Origin: Isurus oxyrinchus
Lineage: Eukaryota
Direction of reading: 5' to 3'
NCBI GenBank assembly: GCA_026770705.1
Contig: JANJGN010000026.1
Location: forward strand, 35,650,001 to 35,714,000
Length of the DNA: 64,000 nucleotides
This document shows positions 35,932 through 48,734 of this stretch, piece after piece (position 1 is the stretch's first letter; each line of letters opens with the position of its first letter). Below the pieces are notes generated by a model. The model was given only the letters and a program-made list of their open reading frames with translations. It was not told the origin of the DNA and ran no database searches. The position numbers and the translations under genes were made by a program.

Positions 35932-38569
35932 CTGTGAACAAAAGAAAAGTCACTCACAAACTTAACGGTATTAAGACATTATAAAAAAAATCGTGAAATA
36001 AAGAAACTGACACAATATCAACTGCAACCGGGCTTCAACTGAAAACAGGCCTTTGAGGGAATTTCTGTTCGTGACGATGAGGATGGGCAAAAGGCGGATC
36101 AATCAGGGTCTGATTTGCAGAGTGATGCTGGCTGCCGAGCCCAGGACCCTCAGTGGTGGGGAGGGGAGGACGAGGAGACGGAAGAGCTTTACATTCTCCT
36201 CGTACCGCGGGAGACTGATGGGCGACATTCGCACCGATTGGACTATTATGGGATGTTATCTGACGGAACTCACGGTGCCACTGAGCGATTGGTAGTTTCT
36301 CAAACCAGAGACCACTTGAACTGTCACAACTCACGAATTTCTCTGCTTCCGGTGTATCAACGGGTTAAATCGTTTCATAAGATTTGTTCTCTGTTGTCTT
36401 TCTAACTGAAAAGACCCATTCGCCATTTTAGAATCATAGAGTCTTCCAGCAAAAAGAAGGGCAATTCGGCTCACCATCCATGTGCTGAATCTCTGGAAGA
36501 GTTATCCATTTACTCTTAATTATCTGCCAGTGGTCTGCAAGTTTTGTCTTCTTAAATTCCCTTTTACTGGACAAATATTTATCCATTTCCTCTTTAAATA
36601 ATACTTAAAAATTCTGCCTCCATCACTGTTTCTCATGGACAATCATATCTTCTAACAGTGCACTGCTCAAACTACATAAATAATCGACACTCGATAACCT
36701 GAAATGACGGCATCCAGTTACCCACTGAGCGAAAAGCCGGATTAACGCTATTCTTTTCTGACCTTTTAAAACCTTCCTGCATTGGACATAAGTCTGTCAG
36801 ACCAGTTCTTAACATTCCCTCTCATGGTGAAAAGATCGCCAGTAGCTCAAGTATTTGTATTAGCACCCCTCGCCTTGCTTTATCTTTCTCACTCAGTCCT
36901 ACACTCTGATTTTCAGGTTAACACCAAGCGAAAGAGGAGATCTGAAACTGGCCCAAGTGTTTGAACTGCGTTCTCAGCAATGATGAGTGCAGCTTTATCC
37001 TTGTCTTTTTGTGTTCTACATTCCACATCCCTGTTTACAACCTCGGATTATTTAGCTCTTTAAAGCAATCAGCAGCTTGTTCCCCACGTTCAGCATCTGA
37101 ATCCTGAATTATTTCTCGTCCTCTACTGGTTTAGATTAATATCTATTTCTTAGTTCCTCTCGCATTTCATTTACTTTACATTTTGTGTTTTTTTTTAGAC
37201 AGACAGAAATGTTTGGTTGCACTTTGGACCATTTTCTCATTTATCCTTCTGGCGTTCACTAATTGTCCTTTCTTTCCTCTATTTGCAGGAAGAGACCGAA
37301 TGGGCAGACGCGCCACCTACTGGTTTTTCGGGTAAGTTTGGTAAGTCGAATCTGTCAAACTCGATATCAGATCCTGAAATGTCCTATTTTAAAAATTTAC
37401 TTTACTGTGGAGGGGTTAGCTGCTACGTGAGGCACTTAGCTGAAGTGGTAAATATGGTTAAATATTGTAGATATTGCCTTTTTATCTATTTCATTATGAA
37501 GAGAGAGTAAATGATAAAAATTATGTTTAACTAACAATAAAAACATGCATCCTCGGTATATTCGGGCGTTGATGGTAATTCTGGTCCTTATTGTCCATCT
37601 GCAAGTGAACGCTCCAATGTCTGGACATCACTACGTGACACTTCAAAAATGTCGCCCGCCTTGTTTGGTGTATCTCACTGAACACATGCCCCATGTGAGC
37701 AGAGAATTCAGTAGGGAAGTGAGCAATACCAATGGGATGTTTAACATCCAGCCAACAAGGACACAAGTCAAAGGAAGCCCTGAATGAAAAGTAGCAAGGC
37801 GTAGTCGGACCATACTCCATGAACACCGTTTTTAGTTACCTCTGCCAAGTACGAATGAGGTTATTGAAGCTTGGCGGTAGTGCAGGGGTGATGCAGGAGG
37901 CTGATTCTTCAGTTTGAAGAGTTTGTGTTGAGAGGAAAAACAAAACCAGTTTTGTTAGCACTATTACCAACTGATTGTTGGTCGCACAGAGACTGAAAGC
38001 CGGATGAAAAAGCCTTCGCTTTAAATTACAGAGTCCAAAACCAGAGAATTTCTTTAGTAATAACTGGGCGGGGAATTGTAGGGGTTCTGGGTTGCCTGGA
38101 AGAACAAATTAAGATGGGTTAAACGGCTGTCTCGTCCGCCAGTACCTTATGACATTGAAATTGGTATGCGGCAGTGTTAACGCCAAAATCACGAATGAGC
38201 CTTTTGTGATGATGTGAGGCAAATTACCCTTCCACGGTTTATGCACTTTGCCAATTAAAGCAGCAGCAACCTCTTGTGTGGTGATCGACTGTGTCTATCT
38301 CTCTGTACGCGCTTATGTGTAAATGTATATTTATCCGTCTGCATCTGTGCGGGTTTCCAACTTTCACGGTGAGGCTTGTGCTGTCCGGCGGAGGGCGCTC
38401 TCTCATCACTTGATAATGATCAAGATCCCCAGCTAGAGGAAGTGGCTGTTCAGCGAGATGCAAATGGAAGAAATTCGCACTTATCTGCTCAGATCTCGGC
38501 GACGTTACAGTTTTATTTTCCCCCAGGTGATTAAAGTTTCAGATTCTGGAGCTCAGGCTGGCACCACGG

Positions 38570-38780
38570 AAGCGAAGTTCTGCCTATTTTTGGTTATTGC
38601 TCTGACCATTGGTCTGTGATATTGGGACTTCTCTACAATATTTCTCCATAACTGCATAATTTCCCAACTCCACCCCAAGGTGATTGCTTCGTTAAACCCG
38701 TTGTTTGTCCTCTGTTTATTATCAGAGATGGGTAACGGGGATTCAGTGTCCCATCCAAAGCCAGAAGTCGCGTCAGAATG
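38570..38780 (+). pseudogene. Truncated V fragment (leader remnant plus start of V exon)
   Basis: FCLFLVIALTI-G|GT, then ATCAG|AG ATG GGT AAC GGG GAT TCA GTG TCC (GNGDSVSHP), after which similarity is lost. Confidence 0.5.
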
Positions 38781-39589
38781 ATACCTGGGAATTTACATAG
38801 AAAATACAGGAGAAAATACGTCCTGATCCTATCGGGATTCTCTGGCTAATATCATTATTTTCAGAATAAGGAAAAGTGTAATTTCTCAATCATTTTAAAT
38901 TACGGTCAAGTTCGGATAATTCAAACCGTAGTGTTAGCAGAGACCTGTAGATTACGGAATGAATAACAGAATCAGTTGCTGCACGAGTCAGTCTTTGGGT
39001 GTGCTGCAAAGACTTCAGGTGATATTTTAAAAGATACCTCACCAGCCACAGTCATGCTCACTTAACCGTGCCCCTCAATCTCCTCCCGCTTTGATTGGTA
39101 ATGGAGCTCATCAGCTGTGGCAGTTCTGACAGGGAATCCGAACGATTGTCATTATTTTCCGCTTCAAATGTCAGCGAATAGAGAGCGCGGGGGATTGGAT
39201 GAGGGGATAGAGAGAGAGGGGAAGAAAGAAAAACTACGTGTTAAACAGACAGAATAAGACCGAGATAAAGGGAGAAGCACTGAAAGAAGTCTGCTGAGAG
39301 AAAGATTCAAGAGAAACCCAAATGGTTAAGCAAAATGAGTGAAAGCACGACAGATAGAAAGATGGGGAGTGAGGGAGAAGAGAGAAAGAGAGAAAGAGAG
39401 AGCGATGGGGAGGAAGTGAAGGGGAGGAGGAGAGAGAGCTGCAAGCATAAAGTCAAAGGAAGATAGAGGAAGTGTTAACGAGATGGATTGACACCGAAGA
39501 TTGGACAGACACAGTGAGTGAGAGACAAACAGATAGACAGAGTCTCACTCATGCAGCTAGGCAAGGGGAAGTTTGGGCAAGAGACATCA

Positions 39590-40320
39590 ATAATTGGCCC
39601 ACAACTAGCACTGTTTGGCGTATATTTGTAGGCGGTTCTGGGAGACCAGCCAACCTTGACAAAGAGAAAAGCCCCAGAAACTGAACTGGACTAGCCATAT
39701 AAATACAATGGCTACAAGGTGAGGTCAGAGGCTGGAAGTGTGCGACGAGTAATCCACCTCCTGGCTCCCCAAAGCCTGTAAAACATGTATAGGTCACAAG
39801 TCAAAAGTGAGATGGAATACTCCCCACTTGCCTAGATAAGGGCTGCTCCCACAACACTCAAGACACTTGACACTGTCCAGGACAAAGTAGCCCGCTTTAT
39901 TGGTACCACATGCACAAACATTCACTACCTCCACCACCAGCGCACAGTGTCAGCAGTGTGCATCATCTACAAGATGCGTTGCAGAAATTCCCCAAGGCTC
40001 ATTCGACAGCCCATTCCAAATCCACGACCACTGCCACCTAGAAGGACAAGGGCAGCAAATTGAAGGGAACGCCACTAATTGGAAATATTCCTCCAAGTCA
40101 CTCACCATCCTGACTTCGAAATATATCGCCGTTCCTTCATTGTCGCTGGGTACAAACGCTGGAATTCCCTCCCTAACAGCACTGTGGGTGTACCACACCA
40201 CATGGACTGCAGCGGTTCAAGAAGACAGCTCATCATCACCTTCTCAAGGACAAGTAGGGATGTGCAATTAAGGCGGACCCAGCCAGCGACACCCACATCC
40301 CATGAAAGGATAGAAAAAAG
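39590..40320 (+). mobile_element. LINE family B 3' portion
   Basis: ...ACACTCAAGACACTTGACACTGTCCAGGACAAAG...CACATCCCATGAAAG tail; same family at 23760-24420, 44735-45076 and 58240-58610. Confidence 0.8.
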
Positions 40321-40433
40321 TTCTCACAATAAGCATATACCCCTTTCTCTGAATGTACTTGTTAATGTCAGAGCGGAAGAGTCATCCGATTTAATAAATC
40401 TGTTATTCTCTAGCATTGTATACACGAGGCATC

Positions 40434-40896
40434 ATGTGCTCCCCATATTTGTTATTGACAAGAATAGCCGTTCTACCTGTTGTTAAATGACGAGTTTCTG
40501 TTCTATTAGTTATACTTACTCGCAGAATTCTGAAATCTTTTGTGTTTTTGTTACAGGAACGAGTGGCAAAAATTTAGTGGCTCAGGAACCGCCAAAATTA
40601 ACGGTTCAAGAAGGACAGACCCTGATATTAACTGCAGATGTTCCACGTTCTGTCGTAATTCCTATCTCTACTGATATGTCCAGTATCCCGGGGCAGTTCC
40701 TCGGTATTTAATGAAGAGCTTCGGGAAGGGACAGAGAGATAATTCTCGAGATTACCTCGACCTGTTCTCTGCTGTTTTAGGCAGACAAAAAAACTGATGC
40801 TGAACAGTTCCCAGTTCTCTAGTTTCTGTCTCTACCGTCTATCTCTGTGCGCTGAGCCTCTGTGTTAGCGAGACGCTGTCAGACCGCACAAGAAGC
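40434..40896 (+). pseudogene. TCR V pseudogene
   Basis: Leader MCSPYLLLTRIAVLP; exon from 40557 NLVAQEPPKLTVQEGQ..YLY*YVQYPG..VYLCALS. RSS CTCTGTG + 23 bp + ACAAGAAGC. Confidence 0.85.
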
Positions 40897-41424
40897 CACA
40901 GAAAACTCTCACTTTTTTTTCATTGAATCAGTTTTGACCCTGAACTGTTAACGGAACAGAAACCAAAGTAAAGACTAGTTATGTGAAATTGCACATTTCT
41001 GTGTTGCAGACCCCATTATTGTCCATCTGTTTAATATTCCAATTAATATCAGCTGTGCGAATTTCCCATGGTCAGTGAGCAGTTCTTTTAATGCGAGTCT
41101 CCGGCATTGTGGACAACATTAAAGAGAACATTAACTATTCCCCCTCACTGCCACCACTTCACACTGACTCTGCGAGTGATCCAGAATTCAGTTCAATCCT
41201 CGGCTCAGTCCCCTTGGGGGGGACGAAGACTTCGCTGATTTGCTGCACCACGCTCTGACGCAAACAACGTGTGTGCAGCTGATTGGACACCACTTCTTGA
41301 GACTTTCAGAAATTAACCAATGGCTGAAGAGACCGAGTGCAAATGAAAATCATCCCAACCCTTCACTGAAACATTTACAGATTCAACCTGTCCTGTTTCA
41401 ATCCGCCATTAGCTCGCTGTAAAT

Positions 41425-41940
41425 ATGTTGGGTTTTATTTTTTATTCATTTCTCACAGTTGCAGCTCTCTTACCCGGTAAGTCTACTAGTTATAGGATTT
41501 CCTCTTGCAGGTAACATTAATATTTTTTTAAAATTCAGTCTTATTCCTATTTAGAATGTGTTCCCTCACTTAACCTAATAAACTGGGATAAAGTAATAAA
41601 ATCTTAAAGTTCCTTAATTTTTAATTTCTGCAGGAGTAAGTGGTGCAGACTCGGTCTCACGTGGGTCAGATGCAGAGATGCAGTTTGAAGGAAACTCGCT
41701 GACCATTCATTACAGCTATTCCACCATTGCTACTAGATATTCCTTACAGTTATACTGTCAGCACTGGGGTAAAGCCCCCACATTCTTAATCTACATCCCG
41801 AATTATGCAAATGTTTTCAGGGCAAGGGACGTGGGGACTCGATTTTCTGGATCTCTCGACACTTCGAAAAGTGAGGGGAATTTCACCATCAGTGACCTGC
41901 GGCTGTCTGACAGCCCGGTGTATTACTGCGGACTGAGAGA
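41425..41940 (+). CDS. TCR alpha-like V segment, open, non-canonical (leader 41425-41476, V exon 41634-41940)
   Basis: Leader MLGFIFYSFLTVAALLP-G|GTAAG. Open exon ADSVS..LTIHYSY (Tyr at Cys23)..LQLYCQ (Leu at Trp41)..RFSGSLD..DSPVYYCGLR. Confidence 0.85.
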
Positions 41941-41979
41941 CACAGTGACAGGGACCAGAAGGGGCGCCGTACAAAAACA
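41941..41979 (+). other. Near-consensus 23-RSS
   Basis: CACAGTG + 23 bp + ACAAAAACA. Confidence 0.97.
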
Positions 41980-42745
41980 GTGCTGCAATATTTCAAAGTG
42001 AATTGAGCAGCGGACTGTGTAGCGATATACAGGGAATGCACGTTCTTCTCCAAGTAAAGCCACCAGGCAATCTGTTCACAAGGCAACTCCCATCAACTCT
42101 GAGTAGGTGAGTTCAAATGCAGAATTCATCCACTCGAAAATTCAGCAGGAGAATCTCTGTGCAGATCTTTTTGGTAACCCGACCTGTTAATGTCTGATAC
42201 ATAGGAAATTTCTCTTGTTTATTGCCCGTGTATTTTCACACTCTATTTAGTGTGCCACTAACACAAGAATTACAAGTTACGATCTACTCGTTGTGTGAAC
42301 GCAGTAGAATGCTGATTAAACCCGACTTCGTCACAGTCAACGAGCTCAGTCTAATTTGTGATTATGAGTGAAATAACTAAAAATCTCCATCTACATTCAC
42401 ACCCCTGTATTTCTTTCTTTGAGAAGACCTTCATGCCGGTTCATTAAAGTTCACACTGTCTCTCAGGTCAATTAGAGATCAAGCTGTGTATAGTTACCCG
42501 TCTTTCTCTCTGATCAGCAGAATGCGACGTTGAAGTCTCAGTTCTCTGTAATAAAGACTTTCACCATATGGTGATGGAAATGACATCAGTCCCAATCAGA
42601 TCCAGTGATCTCAGCTTCTCCAGTCTTATGTTCTGCAGGAAGTGACATCAGACCAGTCTCAGCCAATGCTGTCAGATTATTCTTGTTCGATACTCTGCAG
42701 ATCTCTGAAGCACAAAAAGTCTCTTGAATTCCCAGTGCAGCAGCA

Positions 42746-43670
42746 ATGCGAGTCTCCATTCTCGCTGTGATCTGGGTGACATTCACTGTCTGTAAGAAAT
42801 TTAGCAGTTTTAAAAGTGTTTAATTTTCGGATGAATGAATTTAAAAGCAAGGGAGTACATGTTAAAAATGCAGCAGATCTTGGTTAGAGCACACATGAGC
42901 TATCGTGAGCAATTCTGTACTCTTCCTTACAGGAGGAATTTACAGAGGCATAGACACAATTCAGCAAGGCATTACATTGACGATGCCAGGTGTAAGAGTT
43001 AAAGAAAACACTGCACAGACTGGCCTCCTTTCCTATATTAAAGAGAATACAGATGGGTAACCAAAAAGGGTTCTTTTAATAATGATGGAGTTTGAAAGGG
43101 TAGACATGGAGATGTTTCCACTTGTACTTAATTCAAAACTGTGGTGTATATAAGTGACCAAAAGATCCAACATAGAGTTCAAGAGAAATTTATTTATCCA
43201 AAGGTGGGATGGAATTCGTGAATCACTATCACCAGCAGGCGCTGAAGTGAACTGATGCATTTAAGGGACACAGAGGGTGAGTGGAATCGGAGGATATGCT
43301 GAGACAGTGAGATAACGATGGATAGGCTCTCTGGAATTGTAAACACCGAAATATTGAGTAAGGTGCTATTTTCTGTGGTTTAGTTTGTATATCATTTTCT
43401 GTAGCATTGTTTGCGAAATTTCACCGTTAGTTCAGTTCAGTTGAACTTTTAATCTCTAATTTCTGTTTTCTTTAACCGTGTGTTCCAGATCTGAGCGATG
43501 CAGATTCTATTATTCAGCAGGAATCCTCAATCTGCAGTTTGTTCTCTCGGTCGCTGCTGGAAACTGTTGGCTGACTGTCTGATTCGAGGTGAACGTGGTT
43601 TCCTCTCGGTTTGTGCTTGAGCGGTTGATAGCACAGCTGAACATTGTGGTTGCATCTGCCCGGGATTGTA
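42746..43670 (+). pseudogene. V pseudogene: intact leader, LINE fragment in intron, internally deleted V exon
   Basis: Leader MRVSILAVIWVTFTV-T|GTAAG (42746-42791). Exon from 43489 LSDADSIIQQESSI, then LQFVL and decay. Confidence 0.65.
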
Positions 43671-43719
43671 CAAATAAACACAAATGGACAGGAGCTCCGA
43701 GTCACAGTTCAAAGAGAGT

Positions 43720-44198
43720 TTGTTCACAGGTGTGAGACTGTTTTCCATCGTTAACAGAGAAGCAGTACACGACAGCATCAGTCAACTGCAGATCTGAATT
43801 GGATAAAATAGTGAATTTCGCGAAGGTCTGGAGCTTGACTGAGAAACGGATTTGGGCAAAACCTGTTTTATCTTCATAATCGCTCGTAGATTTCAGCAAT
43901 ATAAACTGGAGCTGGGCGCCTAGATGTTGCCTGTACCAGTATAGCCAATAGCTGCTTTGTGTCAGATATTAACTGCAGCTTAAAGTCACTGCTTCCTCTT
44001 TTGCCTTTGCATCTGAGGACAGCGGTTCTTACAGAATTTCCATGAATTAGATGTGAACAACATGCTGAAACAGAAAAAAAAAAATCAGAACATTTAAAAG
44101 CTGTGTGGGAAATGAGAAAAATAAAGATGAAATGTGCGTTGTCCAAAATTACCTGTCAGAAATGGTCCCCACACAAGCCAGATGTTGAGTAGTTGCAT
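43720..44198 (-). pseudogene. TCR V pseudogene
   Basis: Leader MQLLNIWLVWGPFLT-G|GT (44198-44153). VTLSCS*..LYWYRQHLGAQLQFILLK..RFSVKL..LQLTDAVVYC with frameshifts; RSS decayed. Confidence 0.85.
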
Positions 44199-47100
44199 TG
44201 TCGCTGTCCGCTCTGTAAAAGGGGAGTTGGATATTTAAAGACACTCGTTTTAATCCCCCAATCTCAATAATCTGCTTTCGTGTCTCCGGATGTTCTCACC
44301 TCACTTCCTTCGGTCCCCAGTGGTGCTGTGAGAGGTAGGTGGTGAGCTAGCCCTCAGTGAATGTAAACACCCAGAACTGGACTATGGTCAGTGTTTTTAC
44401 AGGGGGAATGGCTCATCTTTAGAGACCGAGGGTGGTGTTCTGGCTGTCAGTGAATTTAATCACCCAGGGCGATATTTAGTGCCCCTAATGGGTGAATGGT
44501 TCTGCTTTAGGGACCAGCGTAACAGTGGCTGATTATTTAACCAGGAAACACAAGGTTGACCTGTCCGGGAGGAGAGTCAGAACAGTGACACACTGACATT
44601 TCCCTCAAGCATCGGTTAACTATTGAGCTAAGGACGATTCTGTGTTTTGTCTCAGTGATTTTGAGAACCGTGTTATTATAAAGGTGATAGCTATTTTTAG
44701 TGAACAGGTAATTGAACAAACCTAGAGAAACAATCCGAGAGGAATTCGCCAAGGCTTCTTCGACAGCAATTTCCAAACCCATGACCACTACCATCTGGAA
44801 GGACAAGGGCAGTAGATAGATGGGAATATCACCACCTAGAGATCCCCCTCCGAGTCATTGATCATTCTGACTTGGAAATATGGCACTGTTCTTTCACTGT
44901 CGCTGGATCAAAATCCTGGAACTCTCTCCCTAACAACACAGTGGGTGTGTCTACACCATGCGGTCAGCAGCGGTTAAAGAAGGCAGCTCACCACCGAATT
45001 CTCAAGGGCAATTAGGGAAGGGCAATAAATGCTGGTCCAGCCAGTGAAGTCCACATCCCGTGAATGAATAAAAAAACAGCTATCCCTCTATTTTAAACAA
45101 TATTTCGAGCACTGATCCCTGCTGTTGTTTATGTAAACTTTTGTGTAAATCTCAGTCGTGAATTCTGTCCAGCTTTGTGCAAGTAAGGATATATTTAAAC
45201 AGCCATAACTTTCAGACTTCGGGCTTGCAAATAGGGAGAAAAGAGATTATGTCACATCGACTGTCTGCAGCCAGTTACAGAAGGCAGAATGCTCCGGGCG
45301 GGTCAAAGCTCCCAGGGGGAGGTGCAGGGTGCACACTCATTAAAAAGTACTTGAAACCCACTGTGCATAACATTCCGTACTTACAACTGTCAATCAGATT
45401 AGAAAAGGAGTTGGGCAGAGAGAAACAAAATAAAACGGTTTTGAATTGTCCTTCACTCCTTTAACATCGATCCCCACCCTCGGTACAGTGAATGGCTTCA
45501 GAAATCACATCTCATCACATATTTCCTTCATATTTTAATATCCCTTTCCCCTTCTTCAGAAATATCACCTCAGGGTGTAATATTCCTTTCCTCCTCTTCA
45601 GAAATCCCAATTCAGGTGTATCTTTCCTTCACATTTTAATATCCCTTTCCCTATCCTCCATACTTTTCACTCACTTGCTTTGCTCAGTGATTAGCTTCAG
45701 ATTTTAATCCGTCGTTATGACTTCCTGAGGATCATTAAGGAAGAGCTGCTGTTGAGGTAGAAGCAGAGATAGATTGCTGACTGTGATTGATGTAGTTTGA
45801 AAATACATTGAGAATTAAACTTGGGGTATCCGGCCCTCACCATGGACCTGTCTTAATGCAAGGCAAACATGCAAAAGTTTCAATAGCTTCATTTTCCAAC
45901 CTAGCCTTCTTACACCAGAATAGTCACATGAAGATAAAAAGGTGAATGTCCCAATTGGATACGTCATATTTCAAGACAGTGGTTAGAATCATAAAATGAT
46001 GGAGCGGTGACAGCACAGAGGAAGACCATTCATCCCATTTTATCCGTGCCGACCTTCTGTGAGAGCAGCTAAGCCAGAATACCTGCCTTCCTCCCTTAAT
46101 CCTGCAAATCGTTTCAGAAATTCCAGCAAGATCAGTTCTCTGGAAAATCTTTTCTTATTGTTGATCGATTCGCTTTTTGATCTTTTAATTTTCCAGAGTA
46201 CGGCTAACGCGACAGCCTCCTATCTGTTTGTTCTCCGGCATCTAACCAGGTGGCCGACGTGTTCCTCAACAACACATCCGATAATCGGGCTGGTTGCAGT
46301 TTGCAAAGGTCAAAAGCGATTGGTGACAAATCACTTTGGTGGCGCAGTCAGGTCCTCGCGATCTGGCCCGAAATCAAACTTCACCCACTGCTGCTCTGTG
46401 TGGAAATCTGCCCAGACAAAATGGTTCCAGACCTACCTTTCTCGAGGAAGGTGACTGGACTGAGCAATGAGTCAGAAAGTTCACCTTTTAAGGCACTCGG
46501 GACTAGTGAATTCAAGGGAGACGTCAGCGTTATTGCTGCTGGTGAATGGATCCACCCAGCCGAGGGGGGCGTGGGGTTGTGGGGGGGTGGGGCTGTAATA
46601 CAAACAATTAATGCAGCTGAAACAAAATGTAAAATTGCCTTAATTATTGAAAAGTAAGAAGGTAGAATAGAGAACATATAGACCTGCTGGTGTTACTATA
46701 ATAACTGCAGATGAATGTGAAAGAGATCAGAGGGTCGAGCGGGTTCCGATTTGCAGGGCATGCAGTCAAGAATACCTTGCATACTGACAGTAGGAGATAT
46801 CTTTTCACCATACCTTGACATTGGCAGCGTTAAAAGGATATCATATCTGTGGTCGCTGTTCACCTGCAGCATTTACCTAGACAGCGCATGGACAAAACAA
46901 GTGTGAGAAAGTTGCTTCAACAATAATATGCTCATTGAAAATGATATAACTCCACCTCTCCATGAGAACCATGTTAGTTCCAGGTTCACGAAATGAATTC
47001 CAATGTTGTTATATAGTTGCAAGTCCCTTCACCATTGAACTCGGGTTGAAGTATGCGGGTGAAAGCAGATTTTGGATGACCAGAAAAATCTCAACCCAAT

Positions 47101-47794
47101 CCGAATTATAATCCATTGTCATAGCAAATGTACTTAATTCAAAACTGTCAACTTGAGGTAACTACCTTATTTGTATTAAAGTAAGGTATGAAATTTTTAG
47201 CATGATCAAAGATAGAATATTATGAATTCAAACCGAAGGACTGAAAATAATTTATTTTGTGAATTTAGATGGAAGCAAATGCCAGTCCGCATTCTTTGGG
47301 ACAACATGACCTGTGGTAGACACAGCGACCCGGCACCGCCACCTGGTGGTCTGGTTTAAATGGTCACCTTTGAGAGGATCACAGAGACCATTGCTCACGA
47401 TTTGTGTTCTTTCTGTTTCCATTATTCGGTCTGATTCAGGATAATGAAACGGACGCTCCTCCCACCTTCCAACAAAGCTGAGCGAGAAATACTTCACTCT
47501 GTGAAGTGAAGCCCCAGAAGCCTTTTCCTAGCGGGTGCAGTGTTCTTGTGTTCGTTAAGATTGATGCACAACAGCACTAACTTCTCCAGAAGCAGTTACC
47601 CTGACCTGGATCTGCAGACAATTAATTTACCGAAGTTGATAGGACACTACATGAAGCTTAGCTTCATTTTATTGGTGGCCTCTCCGGATTTCTCACTCTA
47701 TCCTCCACGTGATTGCGGCACACAACATTAGATACAATATGACTATAATATCGTATATAGTGCAATATATATTGCCACAACATAATATATATTA

Positions 47795-48062
47795 TTCGTT
47801 TATGAGGTGTGGGCGTCGCTGGCCGGGCCACCATTTATTACCCATCCCTCCCTCGTTGACCTTGTTCAGAGTGTATTTAAGCGTTAACCACGTTGCTGTG
47901 GGACTGGAGTCACATGTTGGCCAGACCAAATAAGGATGGCAGATTTCCTCCCCTAAAGAGTATAAATGAACCAGATGGGTTTTTACGACAACCGACAGTG
48001 GTTTCATGGTCATATTCCCAGATTTGTATTGAATTCAAATTTCAGGATTTGTCGGGGTTCGA
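47795..48062 (-). mobile_element. tRNA-derived SINE fragment sharing its 3' tail with LINE family B
   Basis: Same core as 55190-55525 and 10280-10520 (GCTGTGGG.CTGGAGTCACATGT.GGCCAGACCA). Confidence 0.7.
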
Positions 48063-48249
48063 ATTATATATATGTATATATATGTAGATATATATAAAAA
48101 TATAATTATGCTATATTCTGTTGGATTGCATTTTCCTGTATTCTATCAACATGTATTTTGTTATTTTGTATTTTATTGTTGTATGTTATAAGGAATTGCG
48201 TTATATTTTACTAATTATGTGCCATTATATCTAATGTAACTGGTAGTGA

Positions 48250-48533
48250 TGGAACATGACAGTAAGCGGTTGTTGCAGAAGGGGACATTGTAACATTGAC
48301 GTGTTTTATCACAGTAGCAGGGCGGATCCTACAATGGTACAGACAATATCCGGACTAAACAGTGCAGCACCTGGCGAGAAGTACCAGCGATCGGAAAAGG
48401 ATCAAATTTTGGCCCAAGTTAGCATAGTGAAGTGCTTTGAATGTTAGCAACACTTCAGTGACAGACGGTGCCACCTATTTCTGTTCGTTTGAGACAGAAG
48501 GTGTTACCTCGCAATAAGGATCATAGAAAAGCC
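48250..48533 (+). pseudogene. TCR (delta-like) V pseudogene
   Basis: VAEGDIVTLTC..LQWYRQYPD*..LNVSNTSVTDGATYFCS. Decayed RSS CAGAAGG + 23 bp + AGAAAAGCC. Confidence 0.8.
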
Positions 48534-48734
48534 TTCTGAGGGAGAGGGTGACAATTTGTAGCCTCTGCCCTCATTAAAGAACTGGGAATTTGATAACAAT
48601 CTGACTGGAAAAGGGCCCTCAGTCCCCTAAAATTTGAATACTGCCCAGATCAGAATTCACACTATAAGATCAGACCAGAAGGTTCAATATCCGTTTAATA
48701 TTCATTTATGTCCTGTCAAAATGGAAATAAGACA

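Noticed and set aside
40630-40680. CDR1 Cys (STFCRN) suggesting a NAR-TCR supporting V delta
   Set aside because: The segment has its own leader remnant and is heavily mutated; the Cys may be decay.
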